From: Mustelus asterias
Taxonomy: Eukaryota
Length of the DNA stretch: 64,000 nucleotides
NCBI RefSeq assembly: GCF_964213995.1
Contig: NC_135808.1
Coordinates: 43,400,001-43,464,000 of the forward strand
Direction: 5' to 3'
Below, piece after piece: positions 11,723-24,842 of this stretch. Under the pieces are notes generated by a model. That model was not told the DNA's origin, did no database searches, and saw only the letters and a list, made by a program, of their open reading frames with translations. A program made the position numbers and the translations under genes. The stretch's first letter is position 1, and every line of letters starts with the position of its first letter.

Positions 11723-11995
11723 TTCCTCCTCAAATGTTTCTTTCTGTGGACAAGGCGTCAGACACTGAACCAGCCCAACTCTCCTGTCTGCTCACGGGAT
11801 TTTATCCTTGTGATATCGAAGTCACTCTCCTGAGAAATGGTGCAGTGATCATGGAGACACATTCCACTGGCATCCTGCCCAATCACAATGGCACCTACCA
11901 GCTCCGGAGATGGGCACAAATCAACCCTAAAGATGGAGCCACGTATTCCTGTCAGTATGAACAGAGAGAGACAGGAATGGAGACCAGGGACTGGG
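11723..11995 (+). CDS. MHC class I alpha3 (Ig C1-set) exon
   Basis: ctctcag|TT CCT CCT…TGG G|gtaag; 273 nt; LSCLLTGFYP.DIEV…GILPNHNGTYQL…YSC…W. Confidence 0.93.
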
Positions 11996-12227
11996 GTAAG
12001 ACCAACAATGACTGCAGGAGGGGAATGGGGGGGTGGGGGCAGTGGTGGAGGGAATACATTGGATGTCAGTGACTGTAGGGGGCGGGGGGCACTGGATGTC
12101 AGTGACTGTGGGATGGGGACCACTTTGTTTCAATGAGATAGAAAGTTCTATTTAATCAGCTCTCATCTCTGTTTTAAATTCTAACTGCCGCATATCTGTA
12201 CATTTCCCAGGATGTTTATCGTATCGA

Positions 12228-13060
12228 ATCATAGAACCATACAGCGCAGACGAGGTGCTTTGGCCCATTCAGTCCACACCAACACATTAGAAACACCTGA
12301 ACTCCCACCAAATCCCACTTGCCAGCACGTGGCCCATAGCCCTAAATGTTATGGTGTGCCAAGTGCTCATCCAGATACTTTTTAAAGGATGTGAGGCAAC
12401 CTGCCTCTACCACCCTCCCAGACAGCGCATTCCAAACTGTCACCACTCTTTGGGTAAATAAGTTTTTCCCCTCACCAACGCCCCCCCCCCCCCCCCCCCC
12501 CCCACAAAAAAAACCTCCTGCCCCTCACCTTGCATCTCTGACCCTTCGAGACTGACCCTTCAACAAGGGGAATAGCTGTTCCCTATCCACCCTGTCCATG
12601 CCCCTCATAATCTCCTTTGTACTTTGATTTCTGTTCGGGCTGTTCCCCCTCCTTTTTGGGGAGCTGCCCCTTTTACTTTGTCCTGACTTAATCTGAGTTT
12701 GTTTATTTGGTTTGACCTAAAAAGAGGGCAGCATCCTGGTGAGCCTCCTCTGCACCCCCTCCAGTGCAATCACATCCTTCCTAAAATGTGGCGACCAGAA
12801 CAGTACACAGTACTCCAGCTGTGGCCTCAGCAAAGTTCGATACAACTCAACATGACTTCCCTGCTTTTGTAATCTATGCCTCGATTGGTAAAGGCAAGTG
12901 TCCCATATGCCTTTTCCACCACCCTATATCCGACTGATCTCCATTTACAAATGTGTTAAACATTTGAGATCGTTCCATCTAAACCCAAGTCCAGGACACT
13001 AATATAAATCAAATGGAGATGTGTTTCAATCACTGACCTGTGGGGACACCACTCCTCTCC
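12228..13060 (-). mobile_element. CR1 LINE fragment with a ~110-bp unrelated insertion at about 12612-12725
   Basis: CR1 3' end and ORF2 remnants (…gcgaccagaacagtacacagtactccag…). Confidence 0.75.
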
Positions 13061-13401
13061 AATCTGAAGATCACTAGTGGCTTCAGGAAGGGAGATATGC
13101 CCCCTGACTGGATAGGGAGTTTACAGACATAGCGAGATAGCACAATTAATAGGAATATATATCTTGGGTGTTGAAACCCAGGACCACTTGCAGAGTGAGA
13201 TTTAACTTGGAGATGCTAAAACAAAGAATAATTAAAGACTAAGGGTTGGACAAAGTGTCTGGAAATTAACAATGGATTTACATTAATATTAAGCGGACCG
13301 TCCCTGTACATTAATTGGCAGCTATTAACATGTACCCTCGACCTATTGAAACTGGAATTCTGCTATCTCCCAGAATTGGACACGACCTCTGGGAAGATAT
13401 A

Positions 13402-13748
13402 GGGCGGCACGGTAGCACAGTGGTTAGCACTGCTGCTTCACAGCTCCAGGGTCCTGGGTTCGATTCCCAGCTCGGGTCACTGTCTGTGTGGAGTTTGCAC
13501 ATTCTCCTCGTGTCTGCGTGGGTTTCCTCCGGGTGCTCCGGTTTCCTCCCACAGTCCAAAGATGTGCGGGTTAGGTTGATTGGCCAGGTTAAAAAAAAAA
13601 ATTGCCCCTTAGAGTCCTGGGATGTGTAGGTTAGAGGGATTAGCGGGTAAAATATATGGGGGTAGGGCCTGGGTGGGATTGTGGTCGGTGCAGACTCGAT
13701 GGGCCGAATGACCTCCTTCTGCACTGTAGGGATTCTATGATTTCTATG
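13402..13748 (+). mobile_element. HE1 SINE, full length
   Basis: gggcggcacggtagcacagtggttagcac… head, V-type core, tail ending ttctatgatttctatg; near-identical copies at 17155-17481(-) and 60243-60592(+). Confidence 0.9.
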
Positions 13749-13849
13749 TGTTTCATGATGTGGAGATGCCGGCGTTGGACTGGGGTAAACACAGTAAGAA
13801 GTTTAACAACACCAGGTTAAAGTCCAACAGGTTTATTTGGTAGCAAAAG

Positions 13850-13894
13850 CCACACAAGCTTTCGGAGCTCTTAGCCCCTTCTTCAGGTGAGTGG
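13850..13894 (-). ncRNA. Hammerhead ribozyme motif (Penelope 2)
   Basis: ccactcac-CTGAAGA-aggggctaagagctcc-GAAA-gctt-gtgtgg on the - strand. Confidence 0.78.
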
Positions 13895-15731
13895 GAATTC
13901 TGTTCACAAACAGAGCTTATAAAGACACAGACTCAATTTACATGAATAATGGTTGGAATGCAAATACTTACAACTAATCAAGTCTTTAAGAGACGAAACA
14001 ATGTGAGTGGAGAGAGCATCAAGACAGGCTAAAAAGATGTGTATTGTCTCCAGACAAGACAGCCAGTGAAACTCTGCAGGTCCACGCAACTGTTACAAAT
14101 AGTGTGACATGAACCCAATATCCCGGTTGAGGCTGTCCTCGTGTGTGCGGAACTTGGCTATCAGTTTCTGCTCAGCGACTCTGCGCTGTCGTGTGTCGCG
14201 AAGGCCGCCTTGGAGAACGCTTACCCGAATATCAGAGGCCGAATGCCCGTGACCGCTGAAGTGCTCCCCAACAGGAAGAGAACCGTCTTGCCTGGTGATT
14301 GTCGAGCGGTGTTCATTCATCCGTTGTCGCAGCGTCTGCATAGTTTCCCCAATGTACCATGCCTCGGGACATCCTTTCTTGCAGCGTATCAGGTAGACAA
14401 CGTTGGCCGAATTGCAAGAGTATGTACCGTGTACCTGGTGGATGGTGTTCTCACATGAGATGATGGCATCTGTGTCGATGATCCGGCACGTCTTGCAGAG
14501 GTTGCTGTGGCAGGGTTGTGTGGTGTCATGGTCACTGTTCTCCTGAAGGCTGGGTAGTTTGCTGCGGACAATGGTCTGTTTGAGGTTGTGCGGTTGTTTG
14601 AAGGCAAGAAGTGGGGGTGTGGGGATGGCCTTGGCGAGATGTTCGTCTTCATTAATGACATGTTGAATGCCCCGGAGGAGATGCCGTAGCTTCCCCGCTC
14701 CGGGGAAGTACTGGACAACGAAGGGTACTCTGTCCACTGTGTCCCGTGTTTGTCTTCTGAGGAGGTCGGTGCGGTTTTTCGCTGTGGCGCGTTGGAACTG
14801 TTGATCAATGAGTCGAGCGCCATATCCTGTTCTTATGAGGGCATCTTTCAGCGTCTGGAGGTGTCTGTTGCGATCCTCCTCATCCGAGCAGATCCTGTGT
14901 ATACGGAGGGCTTGTCCGTAGGGGATGGCTTCTTTAACGTGTTTAGGGTGGAAGCTGGAGAAGTGGAGCATCGTGAGGTTATCCGTGGGCTTGCGGTACA
15001 GTGAGGTGCTGAGGTGACCGTCCTTAATGGAGATGCGTGTGTCCAAGAATGCAACCGATTCCGGAGAGTAGTCCATGGTGAGCCTGATGGTGGGATGGAA
15101 CTTGTTGATGTCATCATAGTTGTTTCAGTGATTGTTCACCATGAGTCCAAAGGAAGAAAATGTCATCGATGTATCTAGTGTATAGCATCGGTTGAAGGTC
15201 CCGTGCGGTGAAGAAGTCTTGTTCAAACCTGTGCATGAAGATGTTGGCATATTGAGGTGCGAATGGCTGTTCCGTGTGTCTGGATGAAGAACTGTTTGTT
15301 GAAGGTGAAGATATTGTGGTCCAGGATGAAGCGGATGAGATGTAAAATTGCATCTGGAAACTGGCAGTTGTTGGCGCTGAGCACTGAGGCCGTTGCAGCA
15401 ATGCCATCGTCATGGGGGATGCTGGTGTAGAGTGCCAAGACATCCATTGTGACGAGGAGCGCTCCTGGTTCAACTGCTCCATGTGTGCCTCGACCGGGAT
15501 ATTGGGTTCATGTCACACTATTTGTAACTCCCACAGTTGCGTGGACCTGCAGAGTTTCACTGGCTGTCTTGTCTGGAGACAATACACATCTTTTTAGCCT
15601 GTCTTGATGCTCTCTCCACTCACATTGTTTTGTCTCTTAAAGACTTGATTAGTTGTAAGTATTTGCATTCCAACCATTATTCATGTAAATTGAGTCTGTG
15701 TCTTTATAAGCTCTGTTTGTGAACAGAATTC

Positions 15732-15776
15732 CCACTCACCTGAAGAAGGGGCTAAGAGCTCCGAAAGCTTGTGTGG
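15732..15776 (+). ncRNA. Hammerhead ribozyme motif (inverted pLTR of Penelope 2)
   Basis: Same motif as 13850-13894, on the + strand. Confidence 0.78.
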
Positions 15777-16378
15777 CTTTTGCTACCAAATAAACCTGTT
15801 GGACTTTAACCTGGTGTTGTTAAACTTCTTAAGATGTGTTTCAACAGGGTAGGGTATAAAAGTCACACGATAAGAACTCTTTCTCCGCAGAGATAGCTCT
15901 TTCTGGGAGTTCATGTCTCTCATTCCAACTATATTAAAATCTGCTGTACAGAGGAATTAGGAGCGAGAGTCGGCAATTCAGCCCTTTGAGCCCGCTCTGC
16001 AAATCAATATGATCATGGCTGATCTCCATTCCATTCCAACTCCCCTTCCCTGCCTTTTCCCCATAGTCCTTTATCCCACTTTTGATCAAATATTTACCTA
16101 TCTCTTTCTTGAATCCATTGATTCTGTATCCACTGCACTCTGGAGCAGTGAGTTCCATAGATTCACAATCCTCTGTGAGAAGTAGCTGTTCCTTATCTCT
16201 GTCTTGAACCTGCTCCCCCCCCCCCCTTACTCTACAACTATGACCTCTTGTCCTAGACTGTTCTAGAAGAGGGAACATTTGGTTAACATTTATTTTATCA
16301 ATCTCATTGAGTATTTTATAAACACCAATCAAATCCTCTCTTCTTCTGTACTCAAGCGAGTACAAGCCCAAGCTATTC

Positions 16379-19300
16379 ATAGAAACATAGAAAAACTACA
16401 GCACAAAACAGGCCCTTCGGCCCCACAAGTTGTGCCGAACATATCCCTACCTTTTTAGGCCTACCTGTAACCCTCCATCCTATTAAGTCCCATATACTCA
16501 TCCAGGAGTCTCTTAAAAGACCCTATTGAGTTTGTCTCCACCACCACTGACGGCAGTCGATTCCACTCGCCCACCACCCTCTGTGAAAAACTTACCCCTA
16601 ACATCTCCCCTGTACCTACCCCCCAGCACCTTAAACCTGTGTCCTCTCGTAGCAGCCATTTCCACCCTGGGAAAAAGCCTCTGAGAGTCCACCCGATCTA
16701 TGCCTCTCAACATCTTGTATACCTCTATTAGGTCTCCTCTCATCCTACGTCTCTCCAAGGAGAAAAGACCGAGCTCCCTCAGCCTATCCTCATAAGGCAT
16801 GCCACTCAATCCAGGCAACATCCTTGTAAATCTCCTCTGCACTTTTTCAATCTTTTCCACATCCTTCCTGTAATGAGGCGACCAGAACTGAGCACAGTAC
16901 TCCAAGTGGGGTCTGACGAGGGTCTTATATAGCTGCATCATTATCCCCGGACTCCTAAACTCAATCCCTCGATTGATAAAGGCCAGCATGCCATACGCTG
17001 CCTTAACCACCTCCTCCACCTGCGGGGCCGATTTCAGAATCCTATGGACCCGGACCCCAAGGTCCTTCTGATCCTCTACAGTACAGTCTTTCCCTTTATA
17101 TTGTACTCCTTCATCCCATTTGACCTACCAAAATGGACCACTATGCATTTCATAGAATTCATAGAAACCCGACAGTGCAGAAGGAGGCCATTCGGCCCAT
17201 CGAGTCTGCACCGACCACAATCCCACCCAGGCCCTACCCCCACATATTTACCCGCTAATCTACGCATCTCAGGACTCTAAGGGGCAATTTTTAACCTGGC
17301 CAATCAACCTAACCCGCACATCTTTGGACTGTGGGAGGAAACCGGAGCACCCGGGGGAAACCCACGCAGACACGAGGAGAATGTGCAAACTCCACACAGA
17401 CAGTGACCCGAGCCGGGAATCGAACCCGGGATCCTGGAGCTATGAAGCAGCAGTGCTAACCACTGTGCTACCGTGCCGCCCCTGCATTTATCTGGGTTGA
17501 AGTCCATCTGCCACTTCTCCGCCCAGTCTTGCATCCTATCTATGTCCCTCTGTAACTTCTGACATCCCTCCGGACTATCCACAACCCCACCAACCTTTAT
17601 GTTGTCGGCAAACTTACCAACCCATCCCTCCACTTCCTCATCCAGGTCATTTATGAAAATGACAAACAGCAAGGGTCCCAGAACAGATCCCTGGGGCACT
17701 CCACTGGTGACTGACCTCCATTTAGAAAAAGACCCATCTATACCCACTCTCTGCCTTCTGCAGGCAAGCCAGTTCTGGATCCACAGGGCAGCAGCCCCTT
17801 GGATCCCATGCCCTCACTTTTTCTAGAAGCCTTGCATGGGGGACCTTATTGAACGCCTTGCTAAAATCCATATAAACCACATCTATCGCTTTCCCTTAGT
17901 CAATGTGTTTAGTCACATTTTCGAAGAACTCCACAGGCTCGTAAGGCACGATCTGCCTTTGACAAAGCCATGCTGAGTATTCTTGAGCATACTAAACCTC
18001 TCTAAATGCTCATAAATCTTGCCCCTCAGGATCTTCTCCATCAGCTTACCAACCACTGAGGTTAGACTCACCGGTCAGTAATTTCCTGGGCTATCCCTGT
18101 TCCCCTTCTTGAAAATAGGAACCACATCTGCAATCCTCCAGCACCTCTCCCGTCTCCATCGATGACGCAAAGATCATCACCGGAGGCTCATCAATCTCTT
18201 CCCTCGCCTCCCACAGTAACCTGGGGTACATCCCATCCGGACCCGGCGACTTATCTATCTTGATGCCATTCAAAGATTCCAGCACAACCTCTTTGTTAAA
18301 TTCCACATACTCAATCTTTTCAGTCCACCGCAGGCCCACAGTACATCCACCCACGTCCTCTGTGAAAACCGAGGCAAAATACTCATTAAGCACCTCTGCC
18401 ATTTCTACTGGTTCCGTACAGATTTTCCTGCCTTCACCTTTTATAGGCCCTATTCCTTCACGTCTCATCCTTTTACTCTTCACATATTTATAGAACGCCT
18501 TAGGGTTTTCCTCAATCGTTCCTGCCAAGGCCTTCTCGTGACCCCTTCTGGCTCTCCTAATTTTCTTCTTTAGTCCCTTCCTACAAGCCGTATACTCTTC
18601 TAAATCCCTATCTTCGCCAAGCTCTCTGAACCTTTTGTACACTTTCCTTTTCTTCTCAACTAGGTCGCGCACAGCTTTCGTGCACCACAGTTCCTTTAAC
18701 CGACCAACTCCTCCCTGTCTGCTCGGAACGTTGTCCTGTAGAACCCTAGACAGACATTCCTTGAAAAACTGCCACCTCTCTTCAGTACGTTTCCCTGAAA
18801 ATACCTTCTTCCAGTTCACTCCTCTAATTTGCTGCCTTATTTTCCCCTTACTCCATATAAACGCTTTCCTAGCTTGCCTGATCCCCTCTTTTTCCAATGC
18901 AAGCGTAAAGGAGATAGAGTTATGATCGCTATCCCCAAGATGCTCTCCCACTGAGATCTGACATCTGTCCAGGTCCATTGGTCAGTATCAGATCAAGTAC
19001 AGCCTCTCCTCTTGTCGGCTTGTCCTGTGTCAGGAAACCCTCCTGAACACACCTAACAAACTCCTCCCCATCCAATCCCCTTACCCTCGGGATATTCCAA
19101 TCTATGTTTGGGAAATTAAAGTCTCCCATCACAACAACTCTGCTATTACTGCATCTCTCCAGGATCTGTTTCCCTATCCGCTCCTCCACCTCCCTGTTAC
19201 TATTGGGCGGCCTATAGAAAACTCCCAGCAAAGTGATCGACCCCTTCCCACTCCGAACTTCCACCCACAGAGACTCTGTCGACAATCCCTCCACAGCTTA

Positions 19301-19670
19301 CACCTTCTCTACAGCTGTGACACTATCCCTGATCAGCAGTGCCACTCCACCCCCTCTCTTGCCTCCCTCCCTGTCCTTCCTGAAACATCTGAATCCCGGC
19401 ACCTGGAGTATCCAGTCCTGTCCCTGAGACATCCAAGTCTCCGTAATGGCCACCACATCACACTTCCAGGCATCGATCCACGCTCTGAGCTCATCCCCTT
19501 TATTCACTATACTCCTGGCATTAAAGTAAACACATCTCAATCCTTTGGTCTGAGCTCTCCCCTTCTCTATCCCCCGTCTATCCTCCCTCTTGCACTGTCT
19601 ATAACCCTTCTCTGTTTGCAAGCTAACTTCCTTGCTCCCAGTCACCTCGTCTCGATCCCCTCCCCCCAAC
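16379..19670 (-). mobile_element. HER1/CR1 LINE with nearly complete ORF2 (APE endonuclease + RT), several frameshifts
   Basis: ORFs 19298..19762 (YFNARS, ITETW), 18929..19294 (GDFN), 18091..18978 (SDHN), 17304..17747 (PQGSVLGP) and 16513..17019; tail ctatgtttctatg. Confidence 0.92.
17155..17481 (-). mobile_element. HE1 SINE nested in CR1
   Basis: Reverse-complement match to 13402-13748; interrupts the CR1 at NPDKC. Confidence 0.9.
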
Positions 19671-21271
19671 CACTGCTCCTCAAATGATAGTCCCTTCAAA
19701 CCTGGGATCAATCTGGTGAACTTCTTCTGAACTGCCTCCAGTGCCATCACATTCCTCCTCAAAGAAGGTGACTAAAACTGAACGTAATACTCCCAAGTGT
19801 GGTCTCACAATCTCTTTATACAATTATAACAACACTTCTCTACTTTTATATCTAGACCCTTTGCAATAAATGCTAAGATTCCATTTGCCTTCCTTATAAT
19901 ATTCTGCACCTGCATACCTGCCTTCTGAGACTCATGCACAAGGGCACCCAGATCCCTCTGCATAGACACCTTTTGAATCTGTTTCCCATTTAAATAGTAA
20001 TTTGCTCTTTTATTTTTCTGGCCAAAATGGATAACCTTGCATTTATCCACGTTAAACTCCACCTGCCAGATTGTGGCCCATTCCCCCAGCCTTTCAATAT
20101 CCATTTGTACGTTTTTCATCTCCTAATCACAGCCTGCTTTCCCACCTATTTTCGCATCCTCAGCAAATTTTGCTATGCCCCTGCTTGTAGATCATTGATA
20201 TAGATGGCAAATAGTTGTGGTCTGAGAACAGAACCTTGCGGGACCCCACTAGTTACACATCGCCAACTGGAGAAGGACCCATTTATCCCAGCCCTCTGCT
20301 TTCTATCAGTCAGCCAATCCTCAATCCAAGCCACTACTCTACCCCCAACCCCCTGGGATCTAACCTTCTGGATCAGTCTCTTGTGTGGTACCTTATCAAA
20401 TGCCTTCTTGAAGTCCATATAGATCACATCCACAGGATCCCCGATATCTATCTTGCTGGTTACATCCTCAAAAAATTCTAGCAGGTTTGTCAAACAAGAC
20501 TTGCCCTTCAGAAAACCGTGCTTACACTGGTGAATTGAGCTCTGCTTTTCCAGATGGTCAGTCACCTCTTCCTTAATGGTTGACTCCAGCAACTTTTCCA
20601 TCACAGAAGTCAAGCTGATTGGTCTATAGTTTCCCACTTTCAGCCCCTCTCCTTTCTTGATTAAGGTCATCACATTAGTATGTTTCCAGTCTACCGGTAC
20701 CTTTCCAATCCAGGGAATTTTGGAATATCATAACTATTCAATCCACTATCTCTGCTGTCAACCCTTTAACACTCTGAGGTGTAGGCCATCAGGTCCTAGG
20801 GACCTATCTACTTTTAAACCCTCAGTTTATTGAGTATCTTCTCCCTGATAGTAATTTCACCGAGGTATTTCACTGTATTAACTGCAGTTTTTCAGACAGA
20901 ATTACTATCTTTTCTGCATCCAGCCGAGGTCTCATTGTGCTTTCTTTGTTTCTCGGTCACCCTCAATTCAGCAATCGCCCTCTCTAAAGTATAGACCCCA
21001 ATAGATTTTCTCCACAACCACCACTATTTATTCAACCATGTTTTTCCAAGTATCAGTTCATTGTGTCCTGATTATTACAACTTTAACAGGAGAAATTCGA
21101 GATTGGACAAGTAACATTGGAGATCATTGGTAGAATTGAACAATAAGAGAGGACATTAAACTCTGATGGGAGTTGTCGCCTAGTCCTGATAAGCACAATG
21201 AGGTGACGTGTATGTTACAGGAATTCCTCCCTCTTTCCTCACACTGTTACTATCCCAGTCTATATTAGACA

Positions 21272-23600
21272 CATAGAAAAATAGAAGATCGGAGCAGGAG
21301 GAGGCCATTTGGCCCTTTGAGCCTGCTCCGCCATTCATTACGATCATGGCTGATCATCCAACTCAATAGCCTAATCCTGCTTTTGCCCCATAACCTTTGA
21401 TCTCATTCGCCCCAAGTGCCTCTTGAATACATTCAATGTTTTGGCATCAACTACTTCATGTTGTAATGAATTCCACAGGCTCACCACTCTTTGGGTGAAG
21501 AAATGTCTCCTCACCTCCGTTCTAAATGGTCTACCCTGAATCCTCAGACTGTGACCCCTGGTTCTGGACTCCCTCACCATTAGGAATATCCTCTCTGCAG
21601 CTACCCTGTCTAGTCCTGTTAGAATTCTATAAGTCTCTATGTGATCCCGCCCCCCCTCATTCATCTCAACTCCAGCAAAAACAATCCTAACCTAGTCAAT
21701 CTGTCCTCACACATCAGTCCTGCCATCCCCAGAATCAGCCTGGTAAACCTTCGCTGCACACTCTCGAGAGCAAGAACACCCTTCCTCAGAAAAGGAGACC
21801 GAAACTGCACACAATACTCTAGGTGTTGCCTCACCAAAGTCCTGAACAGTTGGAACAACACATCCCTGCTCCTGTACTCGAAACCTCTCGCAATGAAGGC
21901 CAACATACCATTTGCCTTCTTTACCGCCTGCTGCACCTGCATGCTTACCTTCAGTGACTGGTGCACAAGGACACCCAGGTCTCGCTGCACACCCCTCTCC
22001 CAATTTACAGCCATTCAGGTAGTAATCTGCCACCTTGTTTTTGCTTCCAAAGTGAATAACTTCACATTTATCCAAATTATACTGCATCTGCCATTGATTA
22101 GCCCACTCACCCAACCTGTCCAGATCATTCTGAACGATGTCTCACCCACCTTGGTATCATCTGCAAACTTTGAGATGTTACATTTTGTTCCCTCATCCAA
22201 ATCATGAATATATATTGTGAATAGCTGGGGTCCCAGCACCGATCCCTGTGGCACCCCACTAGTGACTGCCTGCCAATTTGAAAAGCATTCTTAACTCCTC
22301 CTCTTTGTTTCCTCTCTGCCAACCAGTTTTCTACCCGTCTCAATACTTTTCCCCAATCCCATGTGCTTTAATCTTGCATGATAATCTCTTGTGCGGGACT
22401 TTGTCAAACACTTTCTGAAAGTCCAAATATACCACATCCACTGGCTCCCCTTTGTCAACTCGACTAGTTACATCTTCAAAGAATTCCAACAGATTTGTCA
22501 AGCATGATTTTCCCTTCATAAATCCATGATGACTCTGTCTAATCCTGCCACTGCTTTCTAAATGCTCTGCTATAAAGTCCTTGATAATGGATTTGAGGAT
22601 TTCCCCCACGACCAATGTTAAGCTTACTGGCCTATTATTTCCTCGTTTTCTCTCTACCTCCCTTTTTTGAATATTGGAGTGACATTAGCTACCCTCCTTT
22701 CTGCAGGGACTGTTCCAGAGTCTATAGGATCCTGGAAAATGACCACCAATGCATCCACTATTTCTGGAGCCGCTTCCTTAAGTACTCTGGGATGTAGACT
22801 ATCAGGCCTTGGGGATTTAACCGTCTTTAACGCCATCAATTTTCCCAGCACCATTTCTCTACTAATATTGATCTCCCTCAGTTCTTCCCTCTCTCTAAAT
22901 TTTGCATTCTCCAACATTTCTGGCATCTGATTTGTGTCGTCTTTTGTGAAGACAGAACCAAAGTATGTATTCAGTTGCTCGGCCATTTCTTTGTCTTCTA
23001 TTATATATTCCCCTGTTTCTGTCTGTAGGGGACCTACATTTATCAACCTCTTTCTCTTTACATATCTATATAAACTCTTCGTCTCTGTCTTTATGTTCTC
23101 TGCAAGCTACTTGCGTACTGTATATTCCCCTTCTTAATCAATCCCTTGGTCCTTCTTTGCTGAATTCTAAACTGCTCCCAATCCTCAGACCTATTATTTT
23201 CCCTGGCTCAATCTGTATGCTTCTTCCTTGGATCGGATACTTTCTCTAATTTCCTTTGTAAGCCATGGATTGGCCCTCTTACCCATTTTGCTTTTGTCCA
23301 GACGGGAATAAACGGTTGCTGCAGTTCCCCATGCGTTCCTTGAATGTTTGCCATTGCCTTTCCACTGTCATTCCTTTAAGTAACTCTCCCCAATGTATCT
23401 TAGGATAATTAAAGTCTCTCATTCTCTGATGTGTGTGTGTAAATTCTCGCTCTCTCCTTCCCACTATTTGGTGATCTATAGTTTACACCCAGTAGTGTAA
23501 TCACTCCTCTATTCTTCCCATCACTCTCTCCAGTTTGATTGTAATTTTCCACCCTCCAGTACATTACCTTTTTCCAGTACTGGGAGTTTCTGTAATCAGT
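21272..23600 (-). mobile_element. CR1 LINE, decayed ORF2
   Basis: ORF fragments 22654..23046, 22340..22615, 22015..22254, 21661..22014 and 21371..21664 carry CR1 RT motifs. Confidence 0.9.
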
Positions 23601-23963
23601 CCTCCCACCCATGTTTGCCTCTTGAGAAACCTCCTGCCTCCCATCACTACTGCCACAAGTCTATTCTGAGATATTGTGAGGATTAATCTCTTCTGTAGGT
23701 GACGAGAAAGGACTTTGGAATGATGAGTAATTCCAATATCTGCAGCAAGTTACAAGCTGCATTGATTTAATCCAGATAAACATCCCAAAGTGTTTCACAG
23801 GAATGTAATCCCCGTCATACTGAATATTTCTAACCTACATCATGCTCTGCTCAGACTCTCCCTCATCACACACTGGAATTCAGTCTGGGACAGGGTTTGA
23901 TACAATGGTTTCTGACTGAGCAGACACTGTGGTTACTCATTGATCTCCTCATTCCCTCCACAG

Positions 23964-24089
23964 ATGGAACATTCCGATTGACTGCAGGATCTCCAGAGGG
24001 AATCAAGCTCGGTTTGATTGGTGGAATTATTTTTGTTCCCATCGTTCTGATTGCTGCATTTATTGGTGTGGTTGTGAGGAAGAGGAGAG
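23964..24089 (+). CDS. MHC class I connecting-peptide/transmembrane exon
   Basis: ccacag|AT GGA…AGA G|gtagg; 126 nt; LGLIGGIIFVPIVLIAAFIGVVV followed by the basic stop-transfer RKRR. Confidence 0.85.
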
Positions 24090-24108
24090 GTAGGAAATGA
24101 GGACAGGG

Positions 24109-24145
24109 CACTCACTCACTCACTCACTCACTCACTCACTCACTC
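24109..24145. repeat. (CACT)n microsatellite
   Basis: About 9 perfect units. Confidence 0.95.
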
Positions 24146-24474
24146 GGGCTGTGAGGAACGGGGCCAGTAGGAAATGAGGAAAGTGTCACTCGCTCACTAT
24201 CGAGTTGAGGAAGGAGTGAAGTAGGAAATGAGAGCAGGGAGGGGGGAGGCCATTACAGGGACTATGGTTAGTAGAGAAGGGGTGCTGTTGTCTGTACTGG
24301 GTTTGAGGGCTGAAAGTGAGAGGGGTGTGAAGGAAGAGATGTGACTGAGGGGAGGGGAGTATGGTGTTTGTAGCTGAAGGTGCCGTTGGGTGTATACGGT
24401 AATTTTGTGTGGGCGAGGTGAGGCTATCAGGTTTTTAGTTTATAATTGAGATTCCCTTTTCCTGTCTATTATAG

Positions 24475-24510
24475 GAGGACAGAAGAATTCTGCTTACAGT
24501 CCAGCAAATC
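24475..24510 (+). CDS. MHC class I cytoplasmic exon 1
   Basis: ttatag|GA GGA…AAT C|gtaagt; 36 nt; GGQKNSAYSPAN with the typical class I tail tyrosine (YxxA). Confidence 0.8.
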
Positions 24511-24842
24511 GTAAGTGTACAAATGGCCCAATTGTGAGCCTGTGCATGTGTATGTCCCTGCCTGGAGAGAAGAGGGTTACTCTGCCTCTCAGATTCTCCG
24601 CACGCCCACTCTCCCCCCCCCCCCCCCCGTCTCTGTCACTCTTTATCTCTCACTGCCCTGTATTTTGTGTTTCTCTCACCTTGTCTCTATCTTTCTCCCG
24701 TCAGTCTATGTGCTGTTCTCTTGTCTGCTTCTTTCACTCACTGTCGTTCTGCCTCTTACACACTCACTCGATCCCTCTGTGTTCTCTAGACAGAACATTC
24801 ACCACATTGTGAAATGTTTGACAGAATTTCTTCTTTTCACAG

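Larger units (their letters stand above)
13756..15833 (-). mobile_element. Penelope retroelement 2: 5'-truncated copy on - plus inverted pLTR (15493-15831, +)
   Basis: ORFs 14093..15076 and 15114..15482 (frameshifted RT/GIY-YIG); flanked by direct repeat atgtgtttca at 13746-13755 and 15834-15843. Confidence 0.92.
15950..20830 (-). mobile_element. Older CR1 (15950-16378 and about 19672-20830) interrupted by a younger CR1
   Basis: ORF2 remnants (20173..20673, 19805..20119, 15934..16380) read continuously across the nested insertion. Confidence 0.8.

Noticed and set aside
13402-13480. SINE heads as tRNA genes
   Set aside because: They continue into the HE1 core and tail and do not form a full cloverleaf.
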